DNA of 64,000 bases, from the NCBI GenBank assembly GCA_050084515.1, contig CM114271.1:32488001-32552000 (forward strand), written 5' to 3'. Below, one piece after another: positions 42,801 through 55,345 of this stretch. Under the pieces are notes generated by a model. It saw only the letters and a list, made by a program, of their open reading frames with translations. It was not told the origin of the DNA and ran no database searches. This DNA is from Blasia pusilla. Lineage: Eukaryota. How positions within the stretch are numbered: position 1 is the first letter of the stretch; every line of letters starts with the position of its first letter. A program made the position numbers and the translations under genes.

Positions 42801-44246
42801 CGAGGAGAGCGGGCTCTCCCTTCGACAAAGAGGTAGATGGAATCAACTCCTAGCATGCGATGGTAGAAAATCCATGGGAGGAGATCGCGCAGTTCGGCTG
42901 ATGTTGTTGTTGCCAGAGCGATCTGCCATCCATTCCATTGCACCTGTTACTGAGTCGTCTGCGACTGCGTGGAAACTCGTATCGTTTCCTCTTTCTTCAT
43001 TCCGTGTGTCCGTTTTACCAGTGATTTGTGTCAATGGCGCTCGTGGTCTTCTGAGGTAATCAATCTCTCAGGAGGTGTGCATCATTTCCTCTCTCTTCAT
43101 TCTGTGTGGCCATTTGACCTCTGAATTGTGTCACGCCCTTCGTCATGGCGAGCGCCAGCGCAGGATTTCCGGCGAGTTCGGGCGCTATCGCAGCGCGCGG
43201 GAGGTGGATCGTGCGGGGATGGTTTATGAGACTGGATTCATGGAGACCTGAGAGTTTTCAAGGCTCTCATTCTTGGATGCCCACGTACCTCTGCCGTTCA
43301 TGGTCTGAGGGAATCAATCTCTCACGAGGTGCATGGAGAACGCTCTTGTCTGGAGGTTGAATTTTCTAGTCTATCGTTTGGTTCGCATTACGAAGTAAGA
43401 CCGGTCAATGCCTGAAGGAAACCCGGGAGGCTGAATTCGAGACGTTCGTAGTCATATGTGGGGACGGAGGGAGTGAAGAGACCGAAGTATGATCAGCCGT
43501 GTCGAAATGGCAGTTGTGAGTCGACCAACCTTCGCAATGCCGATTTGGTCGGAGAAAGGCTGCCATGTCGAACACGACGACGAACGAAACCCTATCCAAG
43601 CATTGAAATGAGGCAATAGAAAGGTTGAGGTAAGCAGAGAACACACCATGGATGACAGTGACAACATGGATTTCGCAATCGAGGCTGAAGGCACCGGAGT
43701 GACAGTCTCGTGATTTCATAGCTCTGGAGTCTTCAAGGAGAGGGATTAACTTGCGCAAGGATTGTAGCGAGGGAGCATAGAGTCGAATGAATTTACAAGA
43801 TGACGATTTACAATTGACGCTAGTTGTGCTTGAGGCAGAGTCGGTATGAATCCATAGCTTCAACGAGGATTAAATGCTGTTGTAACTGCTCTCCCGTAGT
43901 CATGCATACGAACAGAAAGACCCAGAAAAGTGGGGGAAGGGAGGGAGGAGACTAGTGAAAGCACTTGAGAGAGAGAGCGCTCCATTGTCCAGCCGGCATA
44001 CTCAAAGCCGGGTCGGAAAGCGGGCGGGGATTCCATGGGATGGATGCCATTATCTCGGACTTCCGGAAGCGTCGTTGCAGGTACAACATCGTGTTTCAAA
44101 TTCCCAGCGATCAGCTCAACAGTCAACGACCTGCTCAACATAAAGGCAAGAAGTGCGAGTGTGAGTGGAAACGCTGCAAGCAGATAGACTGGCATCGTGA
44201 TGATTATTTGGTGCAGAGAGTTTGAACGATCAGGACAGGTGGCCAT
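36807..44246 (-). CDS. Divergent KOBITO1-like paralog, 11 exons, ~559 aa, apparently intact
   Basis: GT-AG exons: 44246-43965 (donor site tentative), 42922-42773, 40263-40211, 39919-39811, 39259-39131, 38564-38520, 38406-38219, 38121-37977, 37799-37753, 37634-37547, 37250-36807 (1680 nt, open frame). Seven internal exons have exactly the same lengths as in KOB1 (150, 53, 109, 45, 188, 47, 88). Motifs: TTTSAELRDLLPWIFYH, KPCNYQLYVRQTLNLE, WILHLDVDEL, NGPHRW, YTKFSDL. Confidence 0.85.
41470..42592 (-). mobile_element. Probable non-autonomous Helitron in intron 2 of the KOB1 paralog
   Basis: On the minus strand: A|TCTATCATATAAG 5' end at 42592, and a decayed GC hairpin (plus strand gcccatgctatacacc) followed by CTAG|T at 41473-41469. 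Insertion at an A|T site. Confidence 0.55.
42625..42728. repeat. Two-copy 40 bp direct repeat
   Basis: gatgttaggaaaag.tgtttgcaaataaaaaacactctcc occurs twice. Confidence 0.85.
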
Positions 44247-45818
44247 GGAGCTGAAAGAATCGAGCCAAACAGAAGCTTTCGTGTGTATGTGCTTGGCTCA
44301 GTGCAGAGCTCTTGGAACGGATCCCAGTCTCGAAGAATCGATGATCTAGTCGACCTGCTTAGACGGTCAGCGAAGCGCGTGCACTGAGTCTGCACTATCT
44401 GAGTTGTTGCAGACAATCAATCACATTGCGCACGAGTTCTTGTGACGGTGGGAAAGGGAACGGATAGGGTCGATATGAAGCCACTTCAAGTATGGACAAA
44501 TGAAATATAAGCAGTTTCTCGGCAGTTTGCAGTCCTGCAAGTTCTCCGGGAGTAGGTATGATCAGTTGCGTCATTACCTAGGTTCGTTACTAGCTTGACC
44601 TCGCAACGACGCCATACTTCATACCCATTGCCACCCAGTATTATCATCTCAACCTCACCAAACAAGAGCACATACCGATAGCAAGTATTTTCATGGGATG
44701 AACGCTAGAATTTGGTGAGAAGGGTCTGTAGTGACGACTCACGCGCAAGCCACCGACGTCACAGAATCCGCAGATTTTAGTAAAGCCTGTTCTACGATTC
44801 AAATATCTACTGTGGGTCCTCGTACCCACTGATAGTAGCTTTTATTCGCAGAGAATGTTGGGCATGCACGACCTGAAGCGGCTGAGGGTCATTTCTTGTG
44901 AGTATAAATGTGGTTCCAGTAGTTCATCCAAAGCAAATGGTCCATATTGTTATCTTCTCTACTTCAAGCATGGGTGTTCTTCCCGTCAAACACTGGCGTA
45001 GGAATCAGCGTTTAGGACGCTTTTTCCTTCTTGCATTCATTGATCAGAAAGTCGATCACAACTTCAACAAGGCTCACGAGAGCAAGACACTATCACTGAT
45101 TTCGGCCCTCGCCAAACTCACGACTGCACCTCGATTTTGATTGGAAACATCCACTTCACTGGCTACACTTAATGCATACATAAATCGTCTGCTGTGGTAA
45201 CAAAAGTAGTCCATTTAATGTGCCACGACCTTCCTTCAACGACAAAGCCATTAAGAGAACTAATATCAAGGAGTAACCATCTGGATACTGGCAGGAGGTA
45301 ATGCGATATGCGCCGATATCACCAAGTAGACAGACAACCTCAACAAGACTCAGGTAGTCAGACCCCCATCTACTGTCATCTAACACAACACTAAACTGGA
45401 GAAAGGGTTGGTGACGTAAGCTTCTCAGAACGAGAGGAAATTAGGTGAAATCGAAAGAGAATATTTGTAGGAATAGGTAGTCAGAATAATCTACTCAACA
45501 ATAAAAAAGATTGGAGATATATATTTCCCAGCAGGAGTGAACCTACTTCGTTTGAAAAAACTCCTTTAAATGTTTCTGTGACTCACTGGCCTCTCCGAGT
45601 AGATCCTCCCCCTTCCTGGGACACGATGGATCCTGGTGTGGTTGTTGAGCTCACAGGGTGAGAGAAATGGAGGATGTACCCCAAGAACTGTACCTTTGGA
45701 AACAGGGAGGATGAGTGTTCCATAATATTCATTTCCAGTCTGGGTTTCATCAAAATAGGGCATCTAAACTGACCAGTTTGCTCACACTCCAGAAAGAACC
45801 TGGCACAATTTGAGGTTA

Positions 45819-48800
45819 CTAATCCAGGAATCTATCTCGCTCTCTGACCCTCTCCCTGTCTCTGGGCCATTCTCGATCTCTATTACGCTCCCAGTCACGA
45901 TCTCTGTCTCGTTCCCTATCTTTGACCCTACCTTTGTCTCTGTCTCGATCCCTACTTCTTTCTCTCACCCTGTGAGAATCTCGGTCCCCCTCTCTTTCTC
46001 TCTCACTGTCCCTCCATTCTCGATCTCCTCTGTCATCTCTCCCTCGGCCTTTGTCGGAATCATACATACTCCGATCGTCATCTCTACCATGTCTATGTCC
46101 ATTGCGGCCCCCTTCTTCTCGATCACGACTGAAGCCACGATTGCCCTCTTGATCCCAGTCGTTTTCTTTGTTCCCTCTCTCGCGACTTTTTTCTTTACTC
46201 CCAGATCGTTCGACAATGCCAAGCTCCTCTTTGTCCCAGGCTGCTTTCCCTACCCCAGGGATTGTTGGACCAACCGCATCTCCAAGCTTTGCCTTCAAGC
46301 GAAATTTTTTCTTCAAGTTGCCAAACTCGTCATACATCTCTCCATCATCCTAAACCCAAGGACACCCAATCCCAGAGCAATAGTGAATAAGACTCTATGC
46401 AGACAAACAAGCAAGAACTAAAGAGAAGTAATAACTTCCATTTACACAAGCTTTAGGTCGAGATGGAATTTTGGATGCTTGATTGCTTCATCGCACAGAA
46501 AATACAATATTCTCTGACATTGACATTAAAACCACACATACACCAACAGGAATTTACAGAAGTCCATTGAAGCGCAACTTACTTCTTCAAGCTCACGGCG
46601 CCGACGCCTGGTCTCTTCAATTTCAGCTTCATCAAACTCTTTATAACCTCCTGCTCTCCCTTCTCTATTGAGGCAAAAGACAAACATAACTTGAGCTATA
46701 CTATTGCATCCATTCCTTCAGGTACATTGCTCAATGGATTATGGTTGCTGTACATTGAATTTCCACAGGCACGCTGATTTAACAGGATGAAAATCAGAGT
46801 TAAGTACGTATGGAGAGGAAACCAAGGAAGAGGCACAAATCCAAATCCCGAGACCAAAATCCGTAATCACTGTTCTTACCTGACACCACCTTCATTGTGA
46901 CCAGGCTTTGTTGTGTTGCAGATATTGCATTTGGTGCGTTTTGCCCAGTTTATGTTTCCACACCTGAAGAAATAAAAGCACATCTACATTCAAAATCATA
47001 ATCGGACACATTTCAGGGAAGAAACAGAAGCATGCATCACAACATCCGATATTCCGAAAATTCAGATAGGATCACCTCTGCAAATCTAATCCCAGATACA
47101 AACTTACATAGGACAATTCCAGTCATTGGGACCAAACAGGCCAGGTGGTCCACCAGGGCCACGTCCACGTCCAGCATCCGCTCCAGGACCACGGCCTCCT
47201 CGACCTCGCCCACCACCTGCTCCTCCACCTCCCCCACCAGAGCCACCAGCTGGACGAGCTGTACCACACCGGTTGCAGACTCCTCGAAATGCGAAGTTGA
47301 TGTTGGCACAACTGGAATAAAATTAACAAGTAAAACTGTTTGATTCATAAACAAGAACTAGAAAGCACAGCCTAACTATACTAGCCTATTTCTAACTTTC
47401 AAGTTTGAACAATCTGTCCCTTGAAATTCTACATTCCCATAACACCTCCACCGACCTCTAGGTCATCACCCTCGACCTAGACAATCATTATTTCTACAAC
47501 TAGCCTATCCTGATAACACGCCCCCAACAACTTGCGAGAGTCTGGCTGTGTATGGTGGATTGTAGGACACAATGATATCTCCGTATATTGCCCATAATTT
47601 CTACATTCTGTCCATGCCCTCCAACTACGTCTTCCTTGGACGGGATGCTAGGGCCTCAGTCACATTTCTCCATAGTATTACAAAAAAGGAGACATCTATC
47701 TACAGATCCATAGACCCCTCTTCCCTGATGAAAACCGACTTTGGTTAAAACATCACTACGTAAGACTTACAAACCACTGTATATCCACACTAATTTCTGG
47801 ATCCACTCATGTACAGTTTCCAGCTCGTGAAGCCTCTGTCGCACTAAGAGAGGATGAGTGAGGTTTTTCTTTAAAAATTCTCTCTATGGACAAATCCATC
47901 CATTGCAGCCAACGGGAGCAAGGAGCATGATAGAGCCGCTCACCAAAGTCATCACAGACCTTGGATTTGGACACGGCCAATCCCCCTCCTGTTGCCACGC
48001 TTTTGCTCCAGGCTCCCCACGACCTCTTCCCCTTCCCCCACCACCAGGCAACCCTCCAGCAGCTCCACCAGCATCGCCCATCATCGAAGGGTCTGCTCCA
48101 AATTCGTCCATCTGTTCCTGTCCCGTCTCCGCCATTGGGATTGGTACTGGCATTGCCATTGCAACTACGGGAGTCTGCTCAGTCTGCTGCTGTTCTTTGT
48201 TCTTAGACTCTGCAATAGAAACACTGATAGTGGAACCATGAAAGTCGGTGTTATTGAACCACTCAACAGCTGCAGACGCTGCATGTGGATCCTCATAAGT
48301 GACAGTTGCATCCCCCTTTGGTTCATTGGTCACCTTATCCCGGTATATCCAGATCTTATGCCGCCCAGTCCTCTTATCTTTCTGCTTGGAAAACAAAGAC
48401 AAATACGACTGGACTTTAATAACGGCAGGACACGCACCTCAAGCAAGAATAATACAGCCCTAACCAAACCACTTCATTCCAGCATAGAAATGCATCCAAC
48501 AAATGCAACAGCGACGGCGTTGACGCATCGACTGGCACAAAGCAACTCACTGAAAATGAAAGGAAGTGAGAAGGGCAACATTTGCCACTCGAGAAGGAGC
48601 AGACAAGCTAAGTTTCACTGGAGAGAGCTTAGGTTAGAGAATCCGCCTCACCAACTCCTATTAGCAGTGTAACTAGATCTCAACTCACAAGAATACGGTC
48701 ACTAATGATCACCTTGATTAAACCTATGGTCCCAAAGTGCTCGGCTAGTAGCATCTCATCGGTCCCAGCCGGGAGTTGGCACACATAAATGGCACTATTG

Positions 48801-48832
48801 AGGACGGGTGGAGCGCCTTCCAGTCCCGTCAT
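45819..48832 (-). CDS. TAF15: TBP-associated factor 15 / FET-family RNA-binding protein (RRM, two RanBP2 zinc fingers, RGG, RD/RE-rich tail), 6 coding exons, ~480 aa
   Basis: Exons 48832-48713, 48381-47960, 47311-47108, 46963-46880, 46664-46583, 46349-45819 (1443 nt, open frame). Peptides IYVCQLPAGTDE..LAEHFGTIGLIKKDKRTG...[69 protein letters not shown] and DDGEMYDEFGNLKKK match plant TAF15. Confidence 0.93.
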
Positions 48833-50070
48833 GCTTCAAACAACCATAAACCCTACTCTCAACTGCCAGCTCCCGGTTCCTGTTCAACAACATACAGCAC
48901 AGTCCGTGGTCACCAAAAGCCCGGCCACCAACATCAAAAAATAACGAACTAAAATCCGTCTCCCATACACTCAACCGAAGCCGAATCAAGTCTTAACCTG
49001 CTCCGCCGTAGCCTTCTCTCCACCGGCAACATTTCACAAATGCAAATGCCCTCCACACGACACCACACCCCAGTCCTCTCAATTAGCTCACGTACCAGAA
49101 CAAAACCCCGAAACTCTAACCAGTTCCCCCTCAAGAAGTACAAACCATCCTCAACCAACGCCACAATGCCGCGATCCCCGGCACTGCGCAACAGAATCCC
49201 ATGGTCCCTCATTTCTCACCCGATGCAAGCAGCCTCCTACCGAAAGCTCCAAAAACGCAAGAAAGTATCAGCCTCACCCCTCTTACTCATCAGGAAAAAA
49301 ACCCACGGTTACTCGCAAAATAAACCCGAAGCATTTCTCCCACTTCGTCCGTACCGCCAACAGGAAAGAGACCTCCGCGTAACTTTACAAGGCTGGCGAT
49401 GGTAAACAAACCCACTCACAGACTCGGACAGGGATGGGAAGAGGGTTCGTTATTTGCCAAGCAACGGCAGATCACACCTCACTGTTCTTCCTCTTCCTCT
49501 TCCTCTTCGCCTTCTCCGTTTTCTTCCACCTCCTCTTCTTCTTTCGCATGGGCGACCAGTCCAGAGCGTGAACAAGCTCGCGCGTCCGGCATAGACAGCC
49601 GAACACAATGCCCTCGCGGCAAACGGATGCAGACCTGAAGACGCCCCTCTTCCCTCGTCGACGGAACAGAGTGCGAGGGCTCCGATTTCACACGAGAGAG
49701 AAGGGTTTCGGTTTCGTTCAGCGTTCCATTACTTTCCCTGACTTCCCGAGACGGACAGACAGACCGAGCGACTGAGAGGGTCAGGCTGACCGGAGAGGGT
49801 GGTCCTCGAATGCTAGCGAGTAGTTCCGGAGACTGACTGACCGACCGGTCCGGTCTTGTGAGGGTCGATTATAGAAGCACAATTCCTCGACGATTAGTGC
49901 ACTAGTCACGAAGGGGCCCGGATTAATGGGCTAATTAATTGGGGATATTCCTCATTGTGTCCGAAAGAGTATTTCGAACATATTTTCTTGTTGTTTTATT
50001 GCTATGGGTAAGGGAAAACAATTTCTTCTCGTTCCATTACTATCAACGAGCGTAGAAGTTCCCTCTTCAA

Positions 50071-50270
50071 TTATATTATAATTTGAGAAGGGCTTATGAC
50101 ATGGTGACACCTGCATAGCATTAGCATGACATGTGTCACTTCAACCTGGTACGTACATACCCAAACCGACATGTATTTCAGAGGGGCTTATATGCACCGG
50201 ATGCGAATACATTTCATGACGGGGGCATATCTGCACATGACCGTGCACGCGCCTCACGGGCACTAACTAG
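50071..50270 (+). mobile_element. Mini non-autonomous Helitron (3' end clear, 5' end tentative)
   Basis: Hairpin ccgtg...cacgg (50241-50259) followed by CTAG|T (50267-50271). The candidate 5' end A|TTATATTATAAT at 50071 resembles TCTATATTATAAT at 5753. Confidence 0.55.
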
Positions 50271-53200
50271 TAATAATAGTTAACATGCCTTTGTTTGGCG
50301 CGAGAAGAAGGGTTTTAATCATCCTATCGAGTAGGATCTTATGACGACTCAATAGGATCACTCCTATTGGGTCTTAAAAAGTAATGGGTTCTTTCTCAAC
50401 ACCCCACTCCTCCTCCCATGTATGAATTTTCCATTACTCAATAACTTCACTACTTCCTCTAATAATATCATTTCCATCCCCAAAGATTTCAGTTCTTGGA
50501 TCGTGTGACCTTGAATGACAAAATAATAACTTGTTGCTATTTTTTTATTGCGTATGTATGGTCGTCCATTATAATATAGATCACTTAGCATGCCCATGTT
50601 TGTGTACGAAAATGATTTTTCTCAATAGTTATATTTTTCATTTCAAAATTTAAGTAAAATTTTTATTCTCTGAAATTTGAAAAGAATAGTAATATTCCAT
50701 TCTTCTCAATAACTTCACTCTTCAATTAAAGTAAAGTAATACCCCACTCCCCTAAGTGATTCCACCTTTCCATAAATTTTTAAACAATACTTACTCCCCC
50801 CTCTTCATTCCTCCCATCAAAATAACACATTAATTAAATCATTCGATAATTTTAATTAATGAAATCATTTTCCTCTACTATTCATTTCCCCTTCCCAAAA
50901 TATCACATGTGAATTAAAGAAAAAAAATTGCAAGCTTGGTGCTAATTTTTTTTTATCTCACTATTTTGTCTTCTTATCTATATATACGATCGCCTATTAT
51001 AACATAGATAAACAAATATGCGGCCTATGCAATTTGATTTATCATGGTGAAATTAGTGGTTAGGGTAGGATTGACAAACAAATCTGGAAGTGAAATTGTA
51101 GGTAAAAGACTTAGATTATTTATGAACATGGGTTTGGAATAGTATATTGTAAGACTGAAATATAAAATAAAGAAATTTAGAGCAAATAGTTGTAATTTTA
51201 TTGTGAATATAAAGTCCGAGAACATAGTGGTTTGCAGGTTTTAGAATGGTGCAAAGAATTAGAATTATGATAAATAAGTAGAATTAGTTTAGTAGTAGGG
51301 TAGAATAGGAGTATTATGGTGGAAAAACAAAACATATTAAGGATAGTATAGTATAGTAGAAAGCCATACTATATGAGTAGTAAGATTCATTGGAAGTTTT
51401 GGATATGGAAAGGTGCATGAAAGTATTCCAATTATGTAGAAGTATAAATATAGATAGATTGGATGTGGACTATTAAGGTCCCAACAATAGAAATGGATGG
51501 AGCAAATGTTATTTGTATTGCATTGTAACATTTTGTGTGTAAGTAAAGTTGAAAATTTATGGTGGGAAATCAACAAAGCAAACTGAAATAACAAGTAGAA
51601 TGTTTTATAGTAACTTGTGGCTAGGTGCATAATTTGGTTGATAGAAAAACAAATGCATTGTGACATGTACAACAATACAGTAAATGGAAAAAGCTATTAT
51701 GCAAAATGGGGAGGAGAAGAGCACCAATGTTACACATTTTGAATCTGATGTAGTTTCGTTATAAACCAAAGAATATGCCGGAAAGTCTCAGAAAAAAAAT
51801 ATCAAGAAGAACCAAAAGACTTTACAGAAATTTATGAAATTTTAGCAATGATAAGAACTTGAGTCTTAAGTAAGAGTTGCCTATGTGGTGTGATATTGTC
51901 AAAATGCACATCAAACACTTAAGCAAACTAACGTCTGGTATCATGGAGCAAGTATAAAATGTAGCTTGACTATCATCCTCTATATTCTCTCAACATGAAC
52001 TGCATGATGCCCAGTTGAAGACAAAGTGTTCGATTGTTTTGTATGAGAGGACTAATATGGTTTGCAAACTCATAAACTTGAATCTTTGCTTCATGCAACT
52101 TCCTTTTCAGAGTACTAATTTCATCAACATGTTGTTGGTTTAGCTCAAGTGAATAATCAAGAGCATTAGTGGTATCACTAATCTCTATATACAATGCACG
52201 GAGCTTATCTTCTATTGCTATAAGCGAATCTATATGTTCGTCATCTGAAGATGGTTTGAGTTGTTGATCACTATTGTTATCGTGGTTGCACTGGAACTCA
52301 ACATCCACATAGTGCAGGTCAGTTCTGGTGTTGCGTCGCACAGTATGTGATGATGAACTACTATGGTGAAGTGGACCGCGCCGAACTGGATGTTGAATGT
52401 GTAACCCTAATTGCTGGAAGTGAAAAAAAAACAATATATACAAAGATCAAATTTGAGGATACAAGTAAAAGTGTAAATGAAACAAAGCAAAAGACAAAAT
52501 AGACATAAAACAAATTAGATTATGGAACCAAATTGTTGCGAAGTGAATGAATTTTGACATACTACGGGAAATTGTTTTCGGGTAGAAGCATCAGAATATT
52601 GAGACATCATACATTGGATTAGGAAATATTGTGGTACACAATAAGAATAGAAATAGTATGCAACAATATAGTTGACAAAGAGTGAGATGCAATTGACGAA
52701 AATAAAGTGTAACAGAATTGGTTATAGTAGAAGAGAGTCTGTGCAAAATGGTGTGCATGTATGTAATACTGCAGAATATATGAGTATAAAGTACAAAATT
52801 TATGCAGAAGCATAGATATAAGCATTATGAAAAGTAGCATTGGTGATGTCTTAGATAAAGAAAATCCAATACTGAAAAGATAAACAAAAGTAGAAAAACC
52901 AATGTCTATGTCCAAAAGTTGTGTGGTAATCGTCATTGAGAGATTGAGTATGGGCCTCAAATCAAACAACCAAGAGGTATTGTGTAAGTATTGTGCTATG
53001 TTTGTTTGCACAGTATGAATAAGCACTAATAGAAATAGTTGCAGAGGACTCACTTGGAAACTTATGTTGGATATTCATGCACCATTTTGTTTGTTTGGTG
53101 AAGTGACAAGAAGGAGATCCTCTCATCCAAGTTCCTCACGGATGATGGATGACGAGTTTCCGTGTGACGCTTGATTAGAGACCGGAGGTTGAGTCTAATG

Positions 53201-54099
53201 GATGATATGTTGGGAAATAGGGAACATGTTAGAATAAGTTTCCCTTTTTTGGGGACCCATTCACAAGTCATATGAGAAGAAACTCACTAATATGGGTAAG
53301 TTTCCAAATTATGTAAGCTTTGACTTTCTATTTGTTGAAAGTGGCTCTTGACCCACTACTATAGGTTTAGGGTCAAGAGATGACCTACGTGTGCAAGTCA
53401 CCAAGGGGAGGACTGGAGATTTAGGGTATACCTTAAGGAGAGCAAGCCTAAGGAGTAAGCTTGGAGAGCTTATTCTCTCCTTCTTAAACCTTTTGAGCCA
53501 GAGGCGGGAGAGTTGTGGTTCATTCCCATCCTCTCACCGTGGGAGTGAGTTTATCACATCTGAGTAGCCGATAGGCCGAGATCTATCATGGATAGGGCGT
53601 AGGAGCCGGCGGACTATCTTGAGTGTAACTTTGTCCCACAGTGTCGGATGAGGTTGAGGATAGGTCCATTGTGTCAGGAACGTCGTTTTTGACAACTTTC
53701 ATGTTGAGGTCTTTCACAACCGGGTGACTTTTGACCAGGTCACCCGCCCTGGTAACCTGTGCGCGCAGGTTACCAAGGGGATAGCTATTTTTAGGGGAAG
53801 AGCCTTTTGGCTCTTCCCAACCCTATATAAGAAAGGAAGATGGCTTTGCTAAGCCATCTTTCTCATGTTGGGCCGTTAGAGCACCTCTCTTGTATGTGTG
53901 TGAGATAGGACTAGGGAGCTAGCGTCCAGATTCCTTGATAGCACAGGGTGGACGAGGCTCGATATGCTGATGTAGATTGAGGATTGGAGTTTTAGGCCGG
54001 GTGTGTTGTTTTTACTACTCTTTATTTTACGTGAGAAAGATACGGATCCCGACATGGTTCAACCCTTTCATGGCATGGAAGGGGTTGTTCCAGCACTTG

Positions 54100-55335
54100 G
54101 AGGGTCCTCGGATGGATGACTACATGGAGTTTCGATCACTATATTCACTAGAGATCGATGCCTGGAGGATGTACTGGGCTCCAGGGTATGTGTCCACTAG
54201 TGGTCGCGAGGCATATGATGGGATCGTGAGAGGAGCGAGACCCACACCATCAACCCGAAGACTAGATGGAGAGGAGGGCAGTGAGATAGGCGTTGTGGCA
54301 GAGACCTCTGGTGGTAGAGGACCACCCAACTTCAGTCCCATAGTGGAGTTCTTCCGACAGTTAGGGAAGAGCTACCAGGGAGTACGCACTGACAAGCTGA
54401 AAAGTCTACAGGATTTTCAGCGACGATCGGGTGAAAGTCTGAGAGAGGCATTCACGTGCATGAGGAGGTTGATCATTGCTACGTATGGATCGATCGAGGC
54501 GCAATGGCCCAAAGATTGGTACGGGTTCGACCGAGAACTACGGAGGAGAGTCTGAGATGCGGTGCTGATTCACATAGCAAAGCCCGCATTGAAGGTGGTC
54601 TTTGAGTTGTCTGAGCGTATTGAGCTCAACATGAGTGAGGAGCAAGTAGTGACCACTGGATTTTCTCGAGAGTCGACGGGTCCACGAGCGACGGTGAGCC
54701 CGCAGGTGCCACAGCGAGCACCACTACCACGAGAGAGGGCCAGTGTGCCGAGAGAGCAGGGCGGGTACTGTGAGCCTATGAGGCAACGACCTGTATCTAC
54801 ATATGTTGCCCAGCATGGACCGATGTTGTCTTGTTGGACATATGGCGGGGCCCATAGGCAGAGAGACTGCACACAGCATGGGAGAGGACCACGAGCATCT
54901 CCGATTGCTCCGGAGCCCAAGAGGATGGCCCCACCACAGTACCAGTGTGACTATTGTCATAGATATGGTCACACTAGGGATATATGTTATGAACTTCATC
55001 GAGAGGCACGTCCAAAGGTAGGCCGAGGGCCTGGGGGTGGTCGTCTTGGAGGAGATCGGGGAGTTCTTCCTGGATGTGGTGGTAGAGGACTACCACCACG
55101 CAGAGGAGATGGAGCAGGAGCACCAAAGCCGGCACTTCTCTCACGCATCGATCAATTGGAGCAGAGGATTGCTGCCATGACGATGATGGAGCTCAGGGAA
55201 GGCGTGGAGCTACGAGCAACTAGTGTGGCTCCACCTTCTACCTCTTACCCTGACCCGGGTGAGGATCTCGCCAATATAGGGTTTATGTGTAGTACAGCTT
55301 TAGGGTTGCTCTCAGCCGAGCATGGGCTGCTCTAA
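54100..55335 (+). pseudogene. gag of the DNMT-carrying Gypsy element
   Basis: LQDFQRRSGESLREAF (gag major-homology-like Q..GES motif) and zinc knuckles CWTYGGAHRQRDC (decayed) and CDYCHRYGHTRDIC. The start coordinate is approximate. Confidence 0.85.
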
Positions 55336-55345
55336 GCCAGCCCAT

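Noticed and set aside
43405-43863. 152-aa minus-strand ORF in intron 1 of the KOB1 paralog
   Set aside because: No KOB1 similarity and not needed for the reading frame, although an extra exon cannot be excluded without RNA data.
45810-46421. 203-aa hydrophobic plus-strand ORF
   Set aside because: Antisense shadow of the RD/RE-rich last exon of TAF15.
47992-48672. 226-aa plus-strand ORF
   Set aside because: Antisense to TAF15 exon 2, with no recognisable motifs.
51973-53053. 156-aa coiled-coil-like and 144-aa hydrophobic minus-strand ORFs
   Set aside because: AT-rich, probably transposon-internal DNA, with no recognisable family or splice chain.
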